Source: Ramazzottius varieornatus
Taxonomy: Eukaryota > Animalia > Tardigrada
Direction: 5' to 3'
DNA length: 64,000 nucleotides
Assembly (NCBI GenBank): GCA_001949185.1
Contig: BDGG01000004.1
Span: forward strand, 29,566-93,565
The notes below the pieces were generated by a model. The model worked only from the letters and a program-made list of their open reading frames with translations, made no database searches and was not told where the DNA came from. Of this stretch, positions 26,070 to 38,921 are shown piece by piece. Made by a program: the position numbers and the translations under genes. Numbering within the stretch: position 1 is the stretch's first letter; each line of letters starts with the position of its first letter.

Positions 26070-27996
26070 ATGGTGGTCATACCGATCATCAACAAGGATA
26101 CGGACGAGCTGAAGATCCTCCTGTACGAACGAATCCAACAGGAACATATCCAGCGCAGGATCGTCATGTTCATTGTCTGCATAGCCTTACTGTAAGTAGC
26201 AGAACTTCGACTGTTCGTTCAGAAGCAATAAGAAGCTGTGATAAGTTATGGAAACATCTGCCATCATGCCATGTTGGGGCTTGCGTGAAAGGTCATAAGC
26301 GCGCTAGGTTACGACATGCACGGTGTTGATAAGTGACGCTGAAATTGGCTGTCACGATTATAGCCACACTGAAGCTTACCAAGTGAAAATTATTTGGAAA
26401 AACCGTAGGAAACCTCCGCTAGACATCGAAACCCAAATCGTCTTTGCTTCAACTAGTGTCCAATGTCCAAAATTCCACGCTAAAAAATAATCAGGATGAA
26501 AGTATGAAATTCACTTGTCATTTTGCAGGTTGGATAACATGCTGTACATGGTCATCGTCCCCATCATCCCAACCTTCCTGCGGTCAGTGGGCGCCTGGGG
26601 TCCGCCCATCAACAACATCAGCGACCCGGACGTCGACCCGATCTATGAAGGGGAAGGCACCTACAACGGCTACCTCTTCGCTTCCAAAGCCTGTGTCCAG
26701 CTGCTGATCGGACCCTTCGCCGGTCACATCATCGACAAGATGGGTTACGAGAAGCCCATGATGTTCGGCCTGGTTATCATGTTCTTCTCCACAGGCATCT
26801 TTGCCTTCGGACAATCCTACGGCGTTCTCTTCACGGCTCGGTCCCTTCAAGGCGTCGGTTCGGCTTTCGCCGATACAGCCGGCCTGTCCATGATCGCTGA
26901 CCGTTTCAGTGATGAAGCTGAACGGTCAAAGATGCTGGGTATCGCCTTGGCTTTCATCTCTTTCGGCACACTGGTCGCACCGCCCTTCGGTGGCGTGCTA
27001 TACGACCACGCCGGCAAAGAAGCCCCCTTCATTATTCTGGCCATCATTTGCCTGGCGGATGCCGGAGGCTTGTTGATGGTCATGAAGCCCAAAGAGAACA
27101 TTGCACTGAAGACCGCGCTACAACGCCAGAAAACCATGGATGTCCCCAGAGAGTACATAGGCGAACTACCACCCGATGTCAAGCCAACTCCAATATGGAA
27201 GCTCTTCATGGACCCGTACATTGCCATCTGCGCAGGCGCCTTGGTCATGGCCAACGTCTCCCTCGCCTTCATCGAGCCGACCATATCAACGTGGATCGAG
27301 GATGAGATGAATGAGAAAAGTTCGACGGTGGCGGGCATGATTTGGTTACCGGCCTTCCTGCCGCACGTAGCAGGTGTCTGGCTAACCGTGTGGCTCTTAC
27401 AAACTCGACCAAAGTTCGGTTGGGCTTATGCGGCCATCGGGCTAGCTTTAGAAGGTCTCTTTTCGTTCATGATACCCATGGCCAGTAATGTGTGGGTGGT
27501 GATGATACCCATCTGCGTGATATGCTTTGGCATTGCCTTGATTGATACAGCGTTGTTACCGGCGTTAGGTTATCTGGTGGACGTTCGGCATGTGTCAGTC
27601 TACGGGTCGGTTTACGCCATCGCCGACATTTCGTATTCCACAGCCTATGCTTTTGGGCCCATTTTCGCCGGGAAGATCTTCGCGGCGTTGGGTTTCACAT
27701 GGTTGTGTGTATTGATTGGTATATCCAACTTGATGTATGTGCCGGTCTTGTATCTGTTGAAGAGTGCCTATACACACGACGCCATTTATGATGGAGCGAA
27801 TGCGGGAGAGTTTGATGCCGAGAAGAATTCCCAACTGAACGAATGGCAGGCCGAACAGCAAAAGTTTACACTGCAGCATACTGGCCCCAAGAATTTAATG
27901 AAGAATGGAAATTACGGGTCGATGAATCGATACACTCGCCAGTACGAAAAGGATACGGAGAGAATTTTGCCTGATGATGAGGAGGACGATTACTGA
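26070..27996 (+). CDS. VAChT: Vesicular acetylcholine transporter (SLC18A3/unc-17), 2 coding exons: 26070-26191, 26529-27996
   Basis: Motifs IVCIALLLDNMLYMVIVPIIP, GYLFASKACVQL, ARSLQGVGSAFADTAG, GIALAFISFGTLVAPPFGG, ALIDTALLPALGYLVDVRHVSVYGSVYAIADISYS and C-terminal EDDY. It lies directly upstream of ChAT. Confidence 0.95.
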
Positions 27997-30900
27997 GTCT
28001 CAGTTTTTCCTTCTTTCCGTTGGTCGATGGGGAGAACATGTTGACACCGCAAAAACGAGAAATTCAAACCGCGATCGATAAGTGCGGTTTTTGCGAATGT
28101 CACCAAGGCTCAGCAATGACGTCAATAGCCGAGTCTTTTTGCGCGAGTGTAAAAGCAATGTCGCCAAGTTGAACCAAGCGAAGAATGGCGCTAACGATGT
28201 CGCGTCTGAGCTCTACCTATTTTTTCTCCTGTTCTTCGAAATGTTTTCCTTCTGTAAGGGTCTCTGCTTTTTGTACGTGAATATGAAGAGGAAGATAATT
28301 TCAACGAACTAATTAAATTTACCAAAGATTTTATGTATCTATCTCATAAAAGCTAGCCAATACTTTCACTTTTCCCTTCCAATCGAAGCTGAGGCTCTGT
28401 TCAAATTTACCTAGCGTTGCGAATATTTTTAGCTACAGATGCTTGTACAAGTGGGACAGTTCCACCAATCGGTAATCTGGATAGAAAATACCAGAAACCT
28501 TGAATAAGAGTTATGCAGATGTTTCTGATTATTGGGCGAGACCGGGTACGCATATGGTGCTCCTTGCTCACCTGAAGGTTCGAATTCTACTTGGGCTGAT
28601 TGGGGCGTCCACACCTCTTTCGATAATGAAAAAAGGTTTCTGTTTGCCGTGATCGAGACAGACGGCATAAGGTTATGTTTACGTTTTGAACATTACTTTT
28701 TGATCAGCCAGATATCCAGACGTCCGTTCCTGTCTACAAACAAAGTCAATGAGCTTAACTCTCAGGTTTCGAACGCGCAAGTGCCCCGGACGATGCTCCC
28801 GAATAGAACACCACAGACTAACGAGTAGAGCGAACCACACGCACATTCCAAATGAATTTGCAGCTACTTTTAGTTTTTACTTTGCTTAAAACTGGCGAGG
28901 CTTTACGACCAGTGCCGGTCATCCAGCCCAGGCGTGACCTGCCGTGAAGTAACTATGCAGGTTAATATACAGTTGGTACATGCGGGCTACTTCCTTGATG
29001 AGCTTAAGCTCCGCCTTGATACAGCTTGAGTTTTCCTGTCCTTAGCGATGCCTCTAACCAAGTCTAATAAAGCTAATTCTCGTATGCTACAGCCCAATGT
29101 CTTATGCTCGTATGCTACCGGTACTTGGTCTGAGCAACAAGTACGTTCATTCACGGAACCGATTTCAGTGCCCCAAATAACCTATCTTAGAAATTGTAAA
29201 TTTTACCCGGAGGTGGCGGTACTCGAGGTGAAACAAACAGTAAACAGCGAGACAAGCGTAGCATGTGAATCTGGGCGCAGTCGTCTGAGAAACAGCAGAC
29301 ATTTGTGGACCAGGAAGGCAGCCGCACCCTTTTGACTCGATCGCCACCCGGAAAAGCCGACTGTTTTCCAATTAATTCAGTATGGTTCGATTGGTTTGCG
29401 TACGGTATGGCTCGGCTTGAGAAAGTTAGTGTAACCCCGTAGAAGAGGAGGAATTTATCGGCGCAATTGCCAGGAAAAACACAGAAGCCAGCTTATCCAC
29501 TTAGCTGAAGCGTCGCTTACTTTGATCGAACATTGAGACGGACAACCTAAATGGCTTCCAGCTTTGGAGTGATAACAACTCAAGCTGCAAGATTATTCGA
29601 CAAGAAAACTTATCGATTAGAAATGAAAGATGAGAAAGTTACCAATGTGCGTCACTGGCAAGATGGATGCCACTCAATCAAGGTCACTTTCGTCTCGTTA
29701 AACAGCTCTGGTTAAGAAGAACATACCGGGACTAACTCAGCTCAGAACCGACCTCCCTGGGAATTTTAAAGAAACTCGTGGTTCGAAAAAATAAGGTGAA
29801 ACGTTTTCTTAATTCTTTAGATGGAAGGCAGGTATGCGAAACTTACGAGACTGGAGTCTTAAGTGGCGCACCTTTCCGAAACTACTGGCTGCAAGAGTGC
29901 GCCACTTGGAATGTGATAATGTATTTACGTTTGCCGGCCTCTCAAGTTAAAATTAATATACAGATAAAATGGGAAATGACAGTGGTTGATATTTGGGGAA
30001 GGGATTCAGAGCTCAGCTTGCTGATGGTCAGTTTCCGGCGGGCATCCGGGGGAAGATTGTTGTCTTTGTCAGTGTGTCGACATGTGTAGCCTCAATGAGC
30101 AGCAAGGCAAACGATGGGGCTGGAAGAGATCGTTAGCTGACGTCAAGCAGGACGGATGATGCTAGGACACTTATTTTGCTTGATTTGAGGCCAAAAGTTT
30201 TGATCTGTTTGATATGCACGTTCGATACATGTGATGCACTCAGAGTGGGTATTTGGCAGTCGAGAGGAAAATTGACCAGAATGAAACTGTCACGGGAAAC
30301 CATGGATTCTCTTCCAAAGCCGCAGCGCATTCTTTGTACACAATCGATTAACGCAATTTGTCCCATTTTCACCCAAATTGTTACGTGCTCGAGAAGCCTT
30401 CCGACCATCCAACAAAATCTGCCACATGGGTTCCGTACCTAATTTCAGTCAGTTCGTTATCAGAAATTAGGGCACCTTTACCATAACCCAAACCCCGCCT
30501 TCTATGCATCAGGACAGAAGAAAAACCAGCTCTGTTCTAATGTTACTCATTCGTCAAATTCCGGTGTTCAAAAACCCGGAAAAATAATTCGCTACAGGTT
30601 TCTGTAATACGCGTGTAGAACAGATCTGAGATATTGCTGAAAGAAATCAGCCTTGTGCTGAAAGTGTGGAATGGCGTTTGACGGATCCTTTTTTGATTGA
30701 CCACCATGATTTTAGGAAAGATGCGTAGAAGAGTCCATCACGCTGAAGGACAACAACCTTCAACAACCGCAGTGCAAAACGCTTCGGTCCACCGTCATGG
30801 TCATAAAAGAAGGAAGAAACTTCTCGGCAGTAAAAGAAGCTTCCTTCTGATGTAACGACAGCGCGATGTCAAGATCGCCACCGGAAATCGATGGCAACAA

Positions 30901-31412
30901 ATCAGTCATGTTGCACCAGGCTCCCTCCTTCCCCTTTTCCCTCTCCATCCACTTCCGTCATTTCCGCTGACTGCTCAACGTCTTGCCCAACCCCATCTCA
31001 TGTCATCGCGAGTGCTAGCCAGAGTTTCTTGGGAGAGTTCGTGTCCTTCTCGCACTAACTGTCTTGCTCTCCCTAATGACTCGTGTACACAGCCGCAGCA
31101 TTTGTAAACTTGTCAACGACCAAACCAATCGGTTGGCAAGAGGGCATTTCTTCCCCCCTAGCCTTGTGCTCAACACGTATGCCCCATCTTATTTCGGTCA
31201 GAAGAACCTCAGCTAGAACGTCTCCCACTTCGACAATACTTTCTTTACCCCCTTAAAATCTTGGGCAAATACCCAATGCCGTCATTCGTAAAAGCTTCGA
31301 TACAGTCTACTTTCTTCCGGAGGTTTACTCGATAGTTTTTCACCTTTCGATCGGGCTGTGATTTCTGCTTCTTCCTAAAGTCTAGTGACCTTTCGACTCG
31401 CCGGTTTATACG

Positions 31413-34400
31413 ATGGCACCGACGAAATATGAAATTCCTCCGAAGTTACCTGTGCCTTCCATGAAAGACTGTTTCAAATCGTATCTCGATGACCTTAGCG
31501 CTATCATACCACAAGAAGAATGGGAAAAGACACGCGCCTTGGTGCAAGAATTCACGGCCAAAGATGGACTTGGTCCGATCCTTCATAAGACACTCGAAGA
31601 ACTGGCCGAACGAGTGGAAAACTGGGTAAGCGGATAATCTTCACCCGGTCTTTTCGCTTTAATAGTTTTAAGCAAGAAATGTCAGAAAAGCTGAGGTCGA
31701 CGCCATGCAGTGAAGATTGACCAGTAGCCAGTGTTGGGCCAATGGGCCTCTTGGGATAAACGGTTTGAAGGATCGGCCTGTCAACACAGTGGCATCTTCG
31801 AAAGACAAATCCTTCCGACAAACTGCAAATCCACTTTGACTGTGCATGGAAGCGGAACGACTTTGATCCCTTGTTAGGCCCCCTTCACACCACAACCAGA
31901 CTTTACACTAATTTCCCCGGTCGCTCGTTATCCTCAGCGGCCAAGGGCAATTTGAATATTAAGTGATCTGCATCGTTAGAACAGCACAAATTGAGATCCT
32001 TTCAGTTTCTTTTTTCCCGGCCAATGACACTGAACGAAATTTATCTGAACCTTCCCCAACAACTCATTCCTGACCAAATATAAATTCTGGTACGCATTTT
32101 TTTCCAGGCACACGACTTCTGGCTGGACGACATGTACTTCAAGGTTGGGCTCGCCTTGCCGGTCAACTCCAACCCAGGCATGGTTTTGCGGAGACAGAAT
32201 TTCACGTCAGACTCAGAATGGTTGAGGTAAGCCTGCGCGAGTCGATCGAAGGTTTCCTCAAGTACCACTTGTGACAAAAAGCCAAGGTGACTTCCAAAAA
32301 GGAATGTTTGGATTTCATCAGAAAATTTTAAAGACGTTTGCTTGTACCCTACGAGAAGATCCCTTCCGTGTTGTTGAACTGAATCACGTGAATGGTTTCA
32401 GAGAGACATGTCTACGTAGAATCAAGCCCAGGGCTTGAGCCACTTGACTGTCCGTCAATCTTGTTTTCCATGCTGATCAAACTTTGATCAGCGGGGGCAA
32501 AATCGATAGTTTCGAAGGTAGAAAGGGGAATAATATTGATTACGCCACTGGCTATCGAATGGCGCCGCCAATTACACGTGGCTTTGTGCAGTAACCCGAT
32601 CGTCAAATTAAACCTTCGACTTCGTGTCTAGCCTTACCGTGGATAATGAGGCCATTATGGCGGATGTTGATTGCAGATTTGCGGCGGAAGTGATGTACGG
32701 TGCGGTGGAGTACAAACTGCTGATTGATGGCGAGGACGTTCCCCAGAATTACACGCGCGAACATGACCCCCTAGACATGCAACAGTATCGCAATATCTTC
32801 CCCACATATCGTCGGCCAGGACTGATCAAGGACCAGCGAATTCGGTTCAGCGGCTCGGAACATTGTATCGTCGTAACGAAAGGCCAGTTCTTCCAGCTGA
32901 ATCTGTTCAACGACGGAGAGATTAATACACCGGCGGAACTGGCCAGCGAACTGACGTGGATCGTCGACCATGCGGAAGATGATCCACAGTTGTCGGTGGG
33001 CTTGTTGACCACCATGGCGAGGCGCGAATGGGCCCAGGTCCACAAAATACTCTCTGCAGGTAACTACTATGGAATACAGATTTGAACGATGCAAGCTACG
33101 CAACACCGTGGTGAGATGGCAAGTTTTGGTCATTCGCTTCAAGTGGCGTAGACTTTCGGTTAATAGTGTGACAATGGAAGCATGCGCCACTTGAGATGGC
33201 AATCCGGTTCGGTTCGTCTCGTCTCAGTTCTTGATGTTGCTGACGAACGCATGCATAAAAAGCACAACGATAAACGTTCCGGACAGTTGCAAAATTTTTC
33301 AATTGGTCCATTGAACCAGGATTTCGTTTCAGCTAAGACAAACGAAAAGTCACTAGCGATCATCGAAAGCAGCTTATTCCTGTTATGCCTGGACGATGAG
33401 TGCCAAGTGATGAGCGATATCGATGTTAACGAAGAGACGACCACACTGCACGAAATGATCCACGGCGGTGGCTCAGCTGCCCACAGTCGTAACCGATGGT
33501 TCGAGAAGCCCCTGCAATTGATCGTCAATCGCCAGGGCTATTGCGGTCTCAACTATGAGCACTCTTCGGCGGAAGGCATCCCGGTAGTGGCTATGATTGA
33601 ATCGGCCTACAAACGAGCGTGAGTAGTCTTCTCCTCCCTTATACTGCTTGACCAGTTCCACCCTATGGCCGGTATTTAAATCGGTATACATAGGCAAGCA
33701 TGGAAGAAGAATCAAGAGATCGAAATGCAACGAGGCCGTCATCCAAAAATGACACGCAGGGAATCGACCATCAGTCTGGGCAATGGCCGCACTCACTCTA
33801 CTACCAGCACAGGGATAAATGATGGCCAGCCTATCGATGGCATACAGGAAGAGAGTGTCGATGGCCATGGAATACAGGACAAAGAGAAACAAGGCGATGA
33901 TGACATCTTCAATGAAACTAGCCCGAAGCATCTGAAGTGGAACTTATCGGATGAACTGCTGACCATCCTGGACGCCACCTGCCACGATATCGATCGGTAC
34001 GCGGTATTTGTGAAAGTTGGGGCATCTCCCATTCAGTTACGAAGCTGGTGACCCGGATAATACGCCCGTTTTGTCCTTGTGTAGTCTTGCGGGTGATTTG
34101 GAGCTGCGAGTGTATCGCTTCGACCTCTTTGGCAAGAACGTGCCCAAACAGTTCAAGATGAGTCCGGACTGCTTCGTGCAACTGGCTCTCCAGCTAGCTT
34201 TCTACAAGTAAGTTGGGTTACACAACAGGTAACTCGAAATTCATTCTTATCGAAAAATCACTGATAAAATACACGTAGACGAAGGCAGAACCAGAGTGAA
34301 ACAATATCATTTCTACAGGTTGACTCAGATCAAGCCGACGGATTTTGAAAATCTATATCAAATCTGCTCTTGGCTCGTTACAGTCAGTCGTCAGTTCGTT

Positions 34401-36174
34401 CGATAGATCATCATCAGATCTTGCAATTTGTATGAGTTTTATGGTCGTAACTTTGATCGCTTGATTGGTATGACCAACAGAAAACTACCCATTTTACTGG
34501 TGAAAACTAGCCTTTATCAGCAGAATTTCTTTACTGCTCGCGAAAGACTGTCGTGTTGGCTCGTAGTATTTTCTTGCGGTCAAAAACTATTTGAGGTAAT
34601 TTACAAAAAATGATTGATCACATTTGAATCACTTTCGAAGAAGCAATTGAAAATCATCGACAAAATATTTTCAAGTTTTTGCTCACTAACAGGTTCAATG
34701 ACCATTGTTTCCACCACGTCAAGAAACTTCAGCAGAAGATTTACTTTTCCTATACCAGAATGCCGTCTCAACAAAACTGCATGAGCGGAATTTTTCATAA
34801 ATTTCGCACAGTGGAACAGGAGCCCAAACTTGGCCATATTTCCATCGAAATACACCCTCGGTTTCCGTGTACTCCGGAGTTTTTGAAACTTGATTTCGAG
34901 TCGATCGCGCGATCTCAATGAGATTTCCAGAAAATAATGGTAAGAATTTGGGCTATTCGGGGACAAGATTTGAAGGCGAAGTATCACAGAATATTTCATA
35001 GCCTCTCAAAGTCCGTCGGCTTGATCTGAATCAACCTGTAGTGTGTTCACTGCAGTGGGGGCGGCTCTTGAAAACCGTTGATAAATTGTTGCGGTTGATC
35101 GGATCCTTGATTGACGGGGCGGACTTTGACCACGTGTCTTTGAGAGCACACACTGTACGCAAGAAGCACGTGGTCAAAGTCGGCACTGTCAATCAAAAGC
35201 TAAAGTACGATCAACAACTAAAGTCGGCCCTGAGCTATATTTACGGTTGATTGTCTACGGTGTGTCAACGGTTTTCCAGCAACGCCTGCACTGCAGTGAA
35301 CACATTAGAAGTGATATTGTTCAACTCTGGCAGAACATGATATAGTCGTCGTTGCAGATCGCACGGCCATCTGGTGGCGACTTACGAGTCAGCATCGATC
35401 CGCCGCTTCACTCAGGGCAGGGTGGACGTCATCCGTGCTGCCACCAAGGAAGCAAAGCGCTGGGTGGAAGCAATGACTCTCAATGGACGAAGCAAGGAAG
35501 AAATGCTAAAGTTGTTCTGGGATGCCATGGAAAAACAAACTGATGTTATGAACAAGGTAACTCCACATCACCGATGGAAAAGTTTGAAGTACCGGCAGGC
35601 GAATAATAGCCTATATTATACTAATTTTCTACCACTAGATACTAAATATTGTACTAATTTTTACTTCTGGAGCTACGCATGTATGCCCATCACGACCGAC
35701 TGGTTGAAATATCGATAATATTAATAATTATGGTGATTTTCTACGATTCTTCATCGTAGGCAATTCGAGGCCAAGGCGTCGATAACTATTTCATTGCTTT
35801 GCGGGAGATCGGAACTGCATTGACCGGCGCGGTTCCCGACGTCTTTGACGACGAGAACTTCAAATACTTCAACAGCTTCTACTTGTCCACGAGCCAGGTA
35901 GAACACGTTCAGCCTTGTTACAAAATCATTGAGGAACACTAACCTAGCTTTTGGATTTTTACAGGTTCCAACGAGTGACGAGAAGACGTTCATGGGTTAC
36001 GGACCCGTTATTCCCGGTGGTTATGGATGTTCCTACAATCTCCACGAGAAACAGATTCTGTTTTGCATCTCCAGTTGGAGAAGCTGCACAAAGACCAGTA
36101 CAAAACTGTTTTCCGGAAATCTCGATGAAGGCCTCTTAGAGATGCAAGAACTCCTACAAAATACTTCCTCATGA
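31413..36174 (+). CDS. ChAT: Choline O-acetyltransferase, about 9 coding exons
   Basis: Motifs PKLPVP, FWLDDMY...ALPVNSNPG, PLDMQQY, NRWFEKPLQLIV...CGLNYEHSSAEG (catalytic His), MSPDCFVQLALQLAFY, ATYESASIRRFTQGRVDVIRAAT (VD-type as in ChAT, not the TET of carnitine acyltransferases), LSTSQV and YGPVIPGGYGCSYN. Confidence 0.93.
34316..35038. mobile_element. Tc1/mariner-type MITE (723 bp) in a ChAT intron
   Basis: The left end CAGGTTGACTCAGATCAAGCCGACGGATTTTGA matches the reverse complement of the right end, CAGGTTGATTCAGATCAAGCCGACGGACTTTGA. TA flanks both sides. Confidence 0.9.
35042..35304. mobile_element. Foldback (near fully palindromic) MITE-like element in a ChAT intron
   Basis: Nested inverted pairs: TGTGTTCACTGCAGTG/CACTGCAGTGAACACA, GAAAACCGTTGA/TCAACGGTTTTC, TTGATTGAC/GTCAATCAA and GACTTTGACCACGTG/CACGTGGTCAAAGTC. 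Confidence 0.8.
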
Positions 36175-36591
36175 ATCAGCTTATGCTTTCCCTTGTAGCG
36201 TCTCCTATGTTTCAGACAAAAAAGTGCAAGTTTCGTCTAGAGTTTTAGTTTACGTTGTTTGTCCCGTATATAGATTGCTTTATTGAAAGAATTTATTTTG
36301 GTCGTTTTGACGTTAAAGAAAACTCTCCACCGCGCAATGTTTGGCTGTTTTTTTTATCTTGCTTGAGATGCTTTCGCCTGCTCTGCCCTCAGATGCCGCT
36401 TTGCAATAACTATACTGAAGATCCTGTCCCTGTGCTAAGTTATCGTCAAACAAAACGTAGCATGGTCCTTTCAGAGAAACCTCTCAACGTTTTAAATTAA
36501 AGTGGTTCATGTACAACGGTTTTCCAATGCTCGTACGTGTATCAATAGTACGATATAGCCGTCCGGTGCACAGCATTCCATAGACTTTATA

Positions 36592-36760
36592 CAGTGTAGC
36601 AAGAAATTAACCGTCGAAAATGGGTGTTAGAAAGAGCCAGATGGAAACGGCCAATGAAATTTGCGCATGCGGCGAACTAAGACCGTTATTGATCACAAAA
36701 TGATTAAGTTCCCGTTTGATTGTCACGCCAATTATCGACGGTTAACTTTTTGGTGCACTG
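36592..36760. mobile_element. MITE family B, copy 1 (169 bp, CAGTG termini, TA TSD)
   Basis: Imperfect TIRs CAGTGTAGCAAGAAATTAACCGTCGA and TCGACGGTTAACTTTTTGGTGCACTG. The core GAGCCAGATGGA..GCCAATGAAAT.TGCGCATGC is shared with 45988-46154. Confidence 0.85.
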
Positions 36761-38921
36761 TAGTAGAGATTGCATGTACGTGGTCCGTATCCCAAGAAAA
36801 AAATCGTAGATTCGGAGTGCACCGCACTAGGGGATCCTGTGTGTTAGTAGCAATATGTACAGTGACTCTACTAAACTGCACCTGTGCGCGCATCACGTGT
36901 GCATTGCGACTTGATCGATCAATAAGAAAACGTATTTGATTGCTTGATTGATGCAGTCGGCGTTGAGATTTTTCTTCGAATGATTGGTTGATTTTTTTAT
37001 CGTTCGAGCCATTTTGGTACGGTTGATTATTTGACTGGCTTTCATTGATTTTTGATGATCTGTTCACCCGGATTGATGATCCAATCCATCCGGATTGAAG
37101 ATCGATACGACCGACTTAGTTCGGTCTTTCGTCGAAAGATCGGGCCAGATCGGCGGCCGGCTGACAGGCTGTCATGTCACATGGAGGTCAAACATGACAG
37201 TTTGACGGTCGACTACGCAATGTTTTGTTTTTCTGCCTTCGCAGCTGTCTAATTCTCTTATTTAGCCCTGTCGTCCGCTCAACTTTTCCCACACTCAAAC
37301 TCCTCCTGCCACCACCTCCCGATCTCACTCCGTTCAGCTGCCTGTTGGCAGAATTATGGTGTTCATCTTCACAGAATAATCGATTTGGAATATTTCAACA
37401 GAATGAATCATCAGCGCTTTCACTAAAATTAGTCCCTTGTCATGAAGCTGATTTCTGAAGCTGTGCAAGACAATTTTGCCATGCTTGGAAACTTAAGAAG
37501 ATGATATACTTGTGGCTCGAACTCTGGGGCTTCTAGGAAGACGTGTGCTAATCTTCACAAGTTAAAGACGGAAGAAAAACAAGCATGTTCTTGCTTCTGT
37601 TCTGGTGATAAAAGCGTTTGAATTTGCTTCGGCCCACGTACTTGTGCAGCTTGATCAGCTATCATGGCTTTCCTACCAGTAGCGAACGATCTTAAGCATC
37701 TTCGAATGTAGAAGTCGTTCAGTTACAGCAGGGATACTCAGCTCAGCAAGGTCTTAGTGGGGATCAGCTGTTCCGAGTGTATGAGTTGGATGTGTTCAGA
37801 TGTCTAGAAAATGCTAGGATCGACAAGATCGAGAAGAGGATAAGAGTCCAGGAAAGTGGGAAAAGGTACAGGAAGGTGGTCGGTTATCAACGCCAACAGG
37901 ATCATTCAAACTGCGATACAGTTTCATCATCAACAACTCCCAGAAATTGCCAACTTCTACATGCCGGTGCACAGCCTGTGCTCGACCATTTATGCGCCGG
38001 TTGAGGTAAGTGTACCCTGTGCGGCACAAACGTAAGTACGGAATACACTTCGGCTATTACTTTGCTACGTACTCTTTTTTTCTTGGGATCATACGAGTAA
38101 TGTACAAGGGCGTGGGTGTATGTGCAGCGCACTGCCAAGCTGAGCCAGCACGGCCAGCTGCAGCAATAAGAGCAATTTTCCACGATCGAACTACCCGCCT
38201 GTGCTTGACAGACACCCGTATGAATTAACAGTTCACTGCTGCGTGGCAAGCTCTTCCAGCTTCAAGTCCGATCATTGCGAACAGTTGCCAGTCAGAGCGA
38301 TCAAACGATCGGATGAGGGCTCTTCTGCGCCAACCAGCACAGGCCTCCAGCGTGCTAAAACGTCACGTTTTCAACAGCCAGTCGAAAACTGAGCCTAAAA
38401 CAAGCGCCTATATAGTACGATTGTGCGACCGCTGCGCCTTCCGTATCGACGGGTCGAATGCGTGTACGAAGTAAACATCACAATTCGGACGTAGTGATTT
38501 TCTCGTCATAAACCGGGCGGTCTAGAATTTCGTACCTCGTGGCCCGATCCGTTTGTTTTCAATGCTATCTTGTGGAGAAAGATCTTCCCTATCTAGCCAA
38601 ACAGATTTGAGCACACACATAGCCTAGACCTTGAAGATACAATGCTCGGAAGAAAGGAGAGTTGCTGTGATGCTTAAAAGCCTGGAAAAAACTCAACAGC
38701 GAGGCCGACAGGGGCGCTGTTGTCGCTTTTCGCGATTGATTGTGATCTACGTCATAGAGTCGGTTTCAATTATTTTGGGGATCCTATAAGTAAAGTAAGC
38801 CGTAGGATGTTTGCCATGACGTACGTCCGCCAGTGGGCAATGGTAGAGCACTGACGCAATACCGCATCGCCGTTTTTACAAAAGCTCCTTCGTTCGCGAT
38901 ATTACGAGAACTTCTGGCAAG

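Noticed and set aside
24270-30990. Possible complementary elements flanking VAChT (AGCAGTCAGC at ~24278 versus GCTGACTGCT at ~30966, plus purine/pyrimidine tracts), by analogy with the C. elegans cha-1/unc-17 splicing elements
   Set aside because: Only a 10-bp match plus low-complexity tracts, which is within chance expectation.
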